Source of the DNA: Klebsormidium nitens
Lineage: Eukaryota > Plantae > Klebsormidiophyceae
Direction: 5' to 3'
Length of the DNA: 64,000 bases
Assembly: GCA_000708835.1 (NCBI GenBank)
Contig: DF237001.1
Span: forward strand, 186,001 to 250,000
Under the pieces are notes generated by a model that saw only the letters and a list, made by a program, of their open reading frames with translations, did not search any database and was not told where the DNA came from. The position numbers were made by a program, and so were the translations under genes. Below are positions 55,335 through 64,000 of this stretch, piece after piece. Each line of letters starts with the position of its first letter. Position 1 is the stretch's first letter.

Positions 55335-56838
55335 CGCAAGTACCTCTGTGATTGCGAGTAATGATAACCTCTACCCACGATTGGTCCTGTAATGTTCTGG
55401 GTAAATTTGTTTGCCTAATACCTCCTCTTACCTGGAGGCTAAATACTGTAGCTCGAGGAATACACTTCAACAACTTGTTCTTTGAAACAAGGACGGACAT
55501 GCAGCAGAAGAAATGCTATGCTCGTTCCAGCTCCTACGCCCTTGTCCTGGTCCAGGACCAATGCCTAACTCTTAAAGTTAAAGGTCCACCAAAGCGATTA
55601 CGGTATTATAATTATGGGCCATCCTCCATGGCAAGTCTTTTGAGTTTCTTATGCGTATTTTGTAGGTATAAAAGCGTACCGGGCACAACTATGAATGCAC
55701 CCGGCCACTAACTTTGCCACTGGGGAGAGAGGCTGCGTGGGTTCGTCCGAATCTCCGGTTCTCACCATCCTTAAGAGGACCCCCCCGACCGAGCCTACCG
55801 GTACATTCGACAATGACCGGGGTGAAACTTCGGGGCGAAAGTGAGTGCAAAATCAACATGAGCGGTCTGAATTTTGAAAATGCCTTCGCCCCCAACCCAA
55901 GAATCTACCTACCTAAGGCTAGAGCTGGGCGTCTGTTGAAATTAGGGTTCTGTCAACTGGCGTCGCCCGGCATGGCGCTGCATTCGTCAGGATGTGTTTG
56001 AGCCGTTCCATTTGCAGACGAGTAGGCCACAGATGGGACTCTGCAAAATGATGCTGAAGTATGGAGGCCGATGGCAGCTCAATGACGGCTCAGTCACATC
56101 CTTATTGCACTGTCAAAACAGCGGCCTTTGGTGTGCGGAGGGCTAAGATGGCAGGAGACACAGACTCCGCATTGCAAATGACATCTTCAAAAAGGAAGGG
56201 CAAAGAACAGAGCTGAGGCTGCAGCTTGGCTGAACTGGTTCAGTGAGTTCCCCTGATGGAGGCTCGCAGCAGGCTCACGCTTGTTCAGCGGCGGCGCTAC
56301 TTTGGCGCCTTCTTGTGGGCCCTGGTCCGACGGCAGGTCCAGCTCATCTTATCAGGAGAAGCGGCTAGCGGCATCCAGGTGCAGTTCTCCTGCCTGGTAG
56401 CACTTTCCAGGTGAGAAGAAGCTGCCCTGGCTGTTGTTGTATTGATGCAGAGACAGATTCACATATGACATTCACAATGCTGTTGGGGTCATGAGCGTAA
56501 TCAATGAGGTTTGTCTGTGACAGTCTTTGGCCATTGCAAACGAAGCTGCAAACACCAAGCGATTGTTTTGTGGATCTTGGATCCCAACCGTCTAAAGCAA
56601 CTCGGAAGCATACTTTGTTTGTTGCAAAAAGCTTGTGCCCTGGAAGCACGACATGTTACCCTGCTGATCCCGACAGGCAGTCTGCCTGATCAGATTCCCA
56701 CTGGCATGAGAAAGCGCCAGCTGTTAGCTTTTTGTGCTCGCCAAACTGTGCCAGACTGTTAAGCTCACGGAGCAACGACATATGGGTTGCCATCATGGGC
56801 GTTACTTGTGCGTGAACCCCTTTCTCTGGTGTCTGCAG

Positions 56839-57523
56839 TTTGTGCTATTTATGGCCTGCCGTGTACTACTTTCTCTACGTCCAGTGCCACATGCGCACTC
56901 TGCTCTTTGGCGCTGTCACCATTTGCAGCCTCTTCTCTGACAGCCTCTGCCCAGCATCCCCAACATGGCGCTCCTTTGATCGCCTCTTCGCAACTTTAGC
57001 AGGTTAGCAGAACTTTGTGCTCCAAACAACCCTGATATCTGAACTGTTCTATGTCCCACTCTCACCCACACTTGGCTCAGAGTACTCAGCCTGATCAGCT
57101 TCTAATGAAAGTCTTGGATGCAGACTTCCTATATTCCGTATTTCATGAAGGCTCCTTAACTTTACACATGGGAAGATCTGGAGATCTGGCTCCCCTTTTT
57201 CTTACTTTGATAAGATTCGGCACTTCAAAGTCGAGCTTCTCAGATAGATTGCCATGTAAGGACAGGACTTCAGCATGTAACCCAACCTGTTGTCTCATTT
57301 CCGTGCAGCAATAGTTGGACCTGCCTGGAGTCTAGCATGGAGAGTAGTGTTTGGTCAAGCGTCCGTCCTCTTTCTTGCCCAAGCGCTTGTGTTGAACGGC
57401 GTGGCTTTATCGATCCTGTTTTGGAGCCGTAAGTCAAGATGCCAAGCGCACTATGTGTTGAGACATAGCTTGTGGCATGTTACAAGTGCACTTGCAATCT
57501 GTGGGACCCTGATACGAGACTGA
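56839..57523 (+). CDS. Small multi-pass membrane protein with a C-terminal HSLWH motif (CREST-like); 5' exons not located
   Basis: Exon 56839-57002 (LCYLWPAVYYFLYVQCHMRTLLFGAVTICSLFSDSLCPASPTWRSFDRLFATLA) joins in phase 1 to exon 57309-57523 (AIVGPAWSLAWRVVFGQASVLFLAQALVLNGVALSILFWSRKSRCQAHYVLRHSLWHVTSALAICGTLIRD*). Confidence 0.55.
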
Positions 57524-58129
57524 CAGTTGATTTCGGTCAGGAGGGAATGGTTCTTTTCTAGACGATCATTAGGTGTAACAGTTGCTCCGTGCAGAATAAT
57601 TTATTGGAAGGATCAAGGTGACACCACTACAATCGCAGTCTGTCAAAGGCGTAAGTGGCCCAAGCATCTAACGTGCTGAGAACTGAAAGAACAGGTTATG
57701 CGCAAGCAGCACATCAACTTGGCAACCGGTGCATTCAAAAGAGAAACGAACCTTGGGACTGACCGGCTATACACTGGCTCGGACGGCTGACGTGTGGAAG
57801 GTATCGCGTACCAAATGTAAGTTGTGTTGCTTATCTTGTGAAGATTCAAGTGACGAGTCGGATGTTTCACCATGGAGTTTGTCGGCCAGCAGGAATTTCA
57901 TGCAGTACAATCTGCTTAGATGCAGGTGCTGTACCAGGCTTTGAATTTGATGAAAGGAGTCAGAGACTCGGTGTAGAACTGAGTCGTGTCGGATCGACGA
58001 AACTACATTAGTCTTGACTATCAACAATTTAGTACCATGATTGCCTTCGGATGCATGAATCATACTTGTACCATCTGTCGAAGCTCCCTCCAACACAAAT
58101 GCTGCAGGAAAAAACAAGAAGTGTTCATA

Positions 58130-58660
58130 TACCTATAGCTCAGTGCGCTGCAGCCTGTCTGGCAGGCGTTGAATCATTCGGATATATATACCGCTTAAGT
58201 TCCGATCACATGCGCTGGAATGCAGCGATCGGCCCGGCCAAACAGGCTATAGCTGAGAGACGTCGATTGGATCAGTCGGCCGTGTATAATGATGCTCTAA
58301 GGCCCCCGAGGCTGGCAGGCCCTGTCCGAGCAATGTTGACTCATATCTAGGGACGGTATCTGGCATGCAGGGGCGCCGTCCGCTGCGGCTAGCTAGGTAC
58401 GTGCGCCAGCCCAATGCATGCATGCAAATTCATCCGTCATGCGTTGGCATCATCATGTGACGCGCGACCCGGCAGAGCCTGCTGACCAGTGACGACAACG
58501 GCCACTCAGCTGCTGGGCCATATAATCTGGCATGCATGGTCGATATCATTGCATATGGCGGCTAGAATGATAGCCCTCCAACGCATCCAATTAATATGAC
58601 GGTATGCGCATCTCGGAATCACTGGAACGTACTGAGATCTGACTCGAACTCGGTCGAGCT
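58130..58660. other. Palindrome-rich intergenic island E (between convergent membrane-gene and LOTUS-gene 3' ends)
   Basis: GGATATATATACC, GCGATCGGCCCGGCC, GCGGCTAGCTAGGTACGTGCGC, AATGCATGCATGCAAATT, GGCATGCATGGTCGATATC. Confidence 0.55.
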
Positions 58661-60028
58661 ACTCGCGGCGCTGAGCCTTGCCTCCAAAAACTCAAATCAA
58701 ATTATTGTCGACGCAAGATAAGTCAATTGTTAGGAGATTCACTGTCCCAGCAATCGACCACTTTCCAACGAATTTAAAATTCAATCTATGGACATACTTT
58801 ATTGTCTTCTGACCGAACAGAATGTGGCCTTCTTGGAGTGTCCGGGAACACCAAGTTCTTAAAATCCTGAACGATTCATGAAACGGACGCCCTCAAAACT
58901 GGTCCCTTCGTCTAGCTGGTAGGCCCGTGCCGCCACAGATGAACATGGTTGCCTGCCCCCAAACAACCTGATCTTGCCACTATCGGACGACTCATTCTCG
59001 CAATAGCCCCCTTCCATATTCCCTTCAAGTTCATAACTTTTACGGCATTCACCGAGTCAGCAACTCTCAGGATGCCCCTGATAATCTAGCAACTATAACG
59101 ACTTTCCTCACACGTCACACCTACTTAGCTCCCCTCTGCGCAGAATCAGCTCAAGCGACAATCACCGGGTACACTCCACCCACTCCGCCGCAAAACCTTG
59201 AACGTAGCTTGAGCTCACTAGACAGGACTTGCAAGTGGCTGCTAATCAAGAGCACAAGACAAATTCTCTCCAATCCCCTGGCCAGACCCCCAAGAGAGTA
59301 CTGTCAAGCGACTCAGGTTGCTTCACTGCTCGGTCCACTCTGTGCCTAACCAATCCGGAAGCTGTGCTCACAGTGCGGCACAATTAGTCACCCTCGAATA
59401 GGTCCTGACTACCAAAGCGGATGCCAGAGTTCCTCTATCGCCGCTATGAAGCCCTCCAGAAGCATTGGCTACTAGTCCGCTCTAAAGGCTCCTCTCCAAG
59501 TCTATACTCTAGGAAAGCGTGTCTACGAAGGCAGGGGCATGTGCTGCCGCACAAAGAAGAGGGTCGTCCCCATGGCTCGAATCCAGTGAACCCCACGGCC
59601 GAGGCCGGCCAGACAAAGGGAACCCCCTAGGACAGAGCCGGGGTCCCGTTGCTCCACGTCACGTGCTGGTCGGCTCCTCCTTCAAGGCTGGCGGAAGCAT
59701 TCTCCGGGTCGACGCCCCGATGTCACCAAAACCGGGCAACAGCTTCGAAACTTCGAAGAAGTTTATGGTTCCCAAACCGTCTGTTGTTGTCTTTCACTAC
59801 CCGCTCTGCGCTAGCCCAACGAAACGGGGCTTGAATCGCGCTGTCTTTGCACGAGGCACGACGAAAGGACCAAGGGCGTTGCTAATAACCGCAACACACC
59901 GACGGGCACATCTAGCTAGACTCTACTCTATGTTCCTCTCGCCCTTCCCTCGACGGCCTCTTCCCAACCAGGAACGCTCAAAACCACCTCCTCCCACCCC
60001 CAATGCGAGCTCAGAAGTCAAAAGTAGT

Positions 60029-63000
60029 TCACTGCAGAGAGCTCACTGCTGCGGACCCACTGTCCGCATCAGAGCCCCCATCAGCTGACGCGCTCTCATC
60101 CGACACGCCGGTGACATTCAACAGCTTCGCTACCTCCGAGACTGCCACGTGGCCTGCTCCACTGCCATTTTGCCCGCTGCTCGCCCCGTTCTGCTGCTCA
60201 AAATGGGCGTCCTCTGACGGCGCCGCAGCCACGCTGTCCACCGAGACTGGCGACTCCTCGGGCGAGTCGTCCGCGGCCGGCTCAGTCTCCTCTTGGATGG
60301 CGTGCACTTCCTGGGCCAGCCGGCTGCGCAGCTCCGCCGGCTTCACGGAATACGCCGTCGCCTCGTGCGGCAGCACCAGCTTGCGGTCGGGGGTGGCGGC
60401 CACGGGCGTGGCCAGGCTGTCCGGCGACCAGTTGAGCGCCTTGGTGGGCTCGGGAGTCGCCCCCACCGCTAACCCGACAGGAATAGCCACCTCGGGGCTC
60501 TGCTGCCCGTACGTCCCTACCGAAAGGCTGTGGGACTCGACCGCTTTCGCATGGCCAGCTGTTTCTATTGTTGCACCGACTGCGTGCATCAGGTCTGCAG
60601 CAGCTTTGCTCAAATCCACCTTCTCGTGCGCCATCCCCAAAGTTGCAGACGGCTGCTCCGCAGGAGGGGTAGTCGTTTCCAAAACCTCAGCTGACACAGG
60701 GACTTGCGCCTCGGTTTGCACCACTTCCGAAGACGGGTCCTCCCCAGGTGCTTTGCGGGCCAATTCCGTCTGAATGGTGCTTGCCTCGGGCAGACTCAGC
60801 TCTGCTCCGGGCAGCAGCGACAAGCAGCCAATGGGCCCCACCGTTTCCCCGTCCTCCCCCTCGCTTGCGTCCCCATCCTTATCTCTATTCTCAGCGGCCA
60901 CCGCAGGCTTGACCCCCAGAGTATGCCCCTCAACCGCTGCCGCCCGCGTCGTTGCGCTCTTCTTGACAGGGCTCCAGACCTTCCTGTCCGGCTTGCCATC
61001 TTGCGGGAGGGAGTCCTTGGCGGGCGTGGCGGTGCGCGCGTGGATCATGATGTAGGGGTGGAACGTGAGGCGGCAGCTGCTTGGCAGCGCCTGCAGCAGG
61101 TCGCGCAGCTTGGGGTACCCCACCGCCTCGTGGTCCAGCTGGTACCCGAACCGGTTCGCATACAGGATCTTGATGCCCCTGCGCAGCAAGACACCCGGGC
61201 ATTAAGATGAGGCTGAATACGACACTGCCTCAAGTAACCGTCTGCGCAGCAAGACACCCGGGCATCTTTCCTGACGGATTGGCAAACAACAAGCAGATTG
61301 TCAAAAATCAGCAGAGCGTGACATGTTTCAAAATACCCCCGATTGCACCGAGTACGTCAACAGCAGCCCTCCATTAAAATAGCCCTCGATTCAAACAGGC
61401 GTCACAGAACTGCACACAAGCCACGTCAGCAGAAAAGCGGCCCTTCCAAACAAAAAAAGTCGATCACCTGTAGCGCATCACCCTGGCATAACCTGTGCGC
61501 CCCTCGACGGTTCAATCGAAAGCCAGTGTCACATTACTCACCCTGCATTGACACCGTCAGGGTACTTCGGCAACAGCTCCGCCAGCAGCTGTGCCATGTC
61601 GCGCTTCACCGTCTCCCGGTCCACTGCCGGCGCCGCTTTGGCGCCCTCTGCGGCGCCCTTGTCCACTTCTTTCGGGAAGAAGGTCGCCACAGGGACACCG
61701 GGACTAGCAGACCGCACCGCGGCTGCTGTTGGGGGGGTAGAAAGGGCCTCCGTGGAAGCGCCCTTGGGGGGGGGTGTCCATCCGGGGGGGTACAGCACGT
61801 AGTCCGTGTTGGTGCCGTGGTACTGCGGAACGAAAGTGGGGGCGGAGGGTCAGTGGCTTACAAAAGAAGGACGTTGCTTGGGTCGAGTACCAGTACGAGG
61901 GCAGACCTGTGATGCACAGTTGTTCTAAGCTGCTATGCACTCTTGAGCGAACACACATAACATCACCAATCACGCACTTGCAAGCTTATCATCTGCACTG
62001 AAGATATGCAGCCAAAGCTTGTCCGCAGAGCCGCAAATGTGCAGATGCAGCTTGAGAGTGGCTTGCTCACGATGACGGTATGCAGGGTGCAGACGTCGGG
62101 CATGGCAGCCAGCATTTGGCTGAACTTGAGGAAGCCCGCCTCCTTCAGATCGGCCTCGCTGATGTCAATCCCTGCACGCATCAGGCTCAAAGCCTCAGAA
62201 CCCACCAGGCTTAACGCCCTAAAAGACCGCACTTCCGCCTCAACAGACGACTGCAATTGAGGAGTCTAACGCTCAAACTACGCAAATATGCAGCAAAGAA
62301 CCGACTTCCAGCAGCGGCTTGAGCGCAATTGAACTCGAAGCAGCAACAGCGATCTTCACAGAGCTCCACACATCCGCAATCAGCAACCGGGATCTGCTGC
62401 TGCATGCCGATTGCGCTTTTGAGAGTTTGCTAGTCGCCGTTGCCCTCACCGGAAGCGTTCCTGAAGGTGCCCTTGAGCGCGGCGAGCTTGAAACCCTTGG
62501 CGCCGATCTGCTGCAAGAAGAGCGGGAGCCACTGGCGCAGCTTGACCAGCCACGGCGGGTACTCCTTCTTCTTGGCACCAGCAGCGGCAGCAGCAGTCGA
62601 AGAAGCGGCCTTGGCGGCCGAGGGGGACTTGAAGCTAGAAGGGGCCGCGTCCGAAGATCCACTGGAAGGAGAAGGAAGCACACCCTGCAAGTCAAACCCT
62701 TTTGTATCTTCAGAGTACAACTCGCAACCGGTCGAAACGGCCCACGGGATGCCGCTGACAGAGGTTGGAAATTAGGCAACGGGAGTATGCAACAGGCGCA
62801 CCACGATATGACTGACCGACAATGAAGCAAAATAAGGCACGACGACGATTACTGGAAGAGGCGAACGAAGGAAAAACGGAGGGGCAATTGTAAGAAGAAC
62901 CTGACTGCTTCCCAGCAGTAGCTGTATCCCCTTGCGCACTTCAGGGTAGGCTATCATTGCTTTGTCAACCAAGCAGTCGTGGTATGCCTTATGTCGCGTG

Positions 63001-64000
63001 CTGCGAGACTGCTGCTCACCTGCTGGGGCGCGGGAGCTGGGGTGAGAGTGACGCGCGCCGGGCGCCAGCTAGGCCCGGGCAGGATCCAGCCCTTCTTGAC
63101 AGCGGCCTGCAGCATGTTGATCATCTGGCCCAGCGCCAGCTCCTTGAGCGCCGGCCCACCTGCCTGCAGCATGCCACGGGCAGCCGCATACCTGCCAAAA
63201 CACAAGTAGCAGCGGGGTCAGGACTGGATCGTGTGCGTCCAAGCAGACACGTCACACCCCCAAGAGGGAGTGCGTTTACAGTGGCAGGACCGAAATACGA
63301 ATCTTCATTGTCACCTATCTGCTCTTTGATTGAGTATATGTTTGTATCACTTTTGCTTTAAAAGTAAGTGGACAAGTAGACAAGGTAGAGGCACTCATGT
63401 TTTGAAGCCCTCTACGTCCGATGTGGTTGATGACAGGGGGCTGGCACGAAACTCAGGAGCTTCCGTAATGCAAACTTTGCAATTGCGCTGCACTCCTTTC
63501 GTGACTTGGAAACTTGTAGAGACCCCAACAAGGATCCAAGCTTGCTGCTTGGATAAGCCCCGACGCCATGGCCACATATGCAACAGTAATCCAAAACATG
63601 AGAAATCGACAAGCAACCGTCTTCGCACACTACCCCGCCCTCCCACGTTTCCTGACCTGGTGTACGACCCCTCGATGACGGCGCGCCCCTTGGCGGTGCG
63701 CAGGCAGTCCTCGAGCGCGGCCCACTGCTGCGCGGGGTAGGTCATGGTGTAGTGCGGGTCCACAAAGCGCCAGCTGGGCATCCCCTGCGGCAGCAGCACC
63801 TCGCGGCTCGCCAGCGTGCTGGGCACCAGCGCGCCCTCCGCAATGGCCGCCTTCACGGCCGCCTCCCACACGCCGTCCGGCACAAACCACTGCTTCACCT
63901 CCGTGCCCCCCGCCATGACCGACTGCGGCCGCATGAGCTGCACGACGCGCGCACGGATGTTGGCCTCCGTGGGCGCCATGAGGTCGCGCCGCAGGCTGGC
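60029..64000 (-). CDS. 3' part of an NYN-family (MARF1/Limkain-like) protein with two LOTUS/OST-HTH domains; 5' end lies beyond the window
   Basis: Exons ~64000-63655, ~63192-63020, ~62690-62450, ~62172-62070, ~61825-61542 and 61178-~60045. Motifs: PTEANIRARV...WRFVDPHY...YPAQQWAALEDCL...RYAAAR...LALGQMINML...KKGWI, resembling the region after NYN in plant NYN proteins as I recall them. LOTUS 1: LRQWLPLFLQQIGAKGFKLAALKGTFRNASGIDISEADLKEAGFLKFSQMLAAMPDVC. LOTUS 2: LLAELLPKYPDGVNAGGIKILYANRFGYQLDHEAVGYPKLRDLLQALPSSC. The 3' end is uncertain. Confidence 0.75.
61179..61265 (-). repeat. 24-bp direct repeat duplicating a 3' splice acceptor
   Basis: CTGCGCAGCAAGACACCCGGGCAT occurs at 61179-61202 and 61242-61265. 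On the minus strand it reads ATGCCCGGGTGTCTTGCTGCGCAG, the acceptor of the large LOTUS-2 exon. Confidence 0.85.

Noticed and set aside
57767-58117. 116-aa minus-strand ORF
   Set aside because: No recognisable motif and no convincing splice link to the LOTUS gene.
60003-60773. 256-aa plus-strand ORF
   Set aside because: Antisense shadow of the LOTUS-gene terminal exon.

Overview
Intron-rich eukaryotic nuclear DNA with GC-rich exons and GT-AG introns, often with ...TGCAG acceptors. Gene content and style fit a streptophyte alga or early-diverging plant such as a Klebsormidium-like charophyte (inference). I reconstructed about ten spliced genes by hand: a coiled-coil gene (-), GID8/TWA1 (+), a HemW-type radical SAM protein (-), DNA polymerase epsilon subunit B (+), an M28 ER metallopeptidase (-), a large divergent ATXR3/SDG2-like SET gene with BRK and bromodomain-like segments (+), a WOX homeobox gene (+), an R3H/G-patch SQS1-like gene (-), a small CREST-like membrane gene (+) and the 3' part of an NYN-family/LOTUS gene (-). 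The most notable observations are: a probable pseudo-methyltransferase with an unusual BRK-bromo-SET architecture; a WOX that joins ancient-clade and intermediate-clade signatures; islands rich in short palindromes at every tail-to-tail gene junction; a hAT-type MITE with an 8-bp TSD in a bidirectional promoter; and a duplicated 3' splice site that would create a premature stop. All family assignments come from motifs and homologue sequences recalled from memory, not from database searches.
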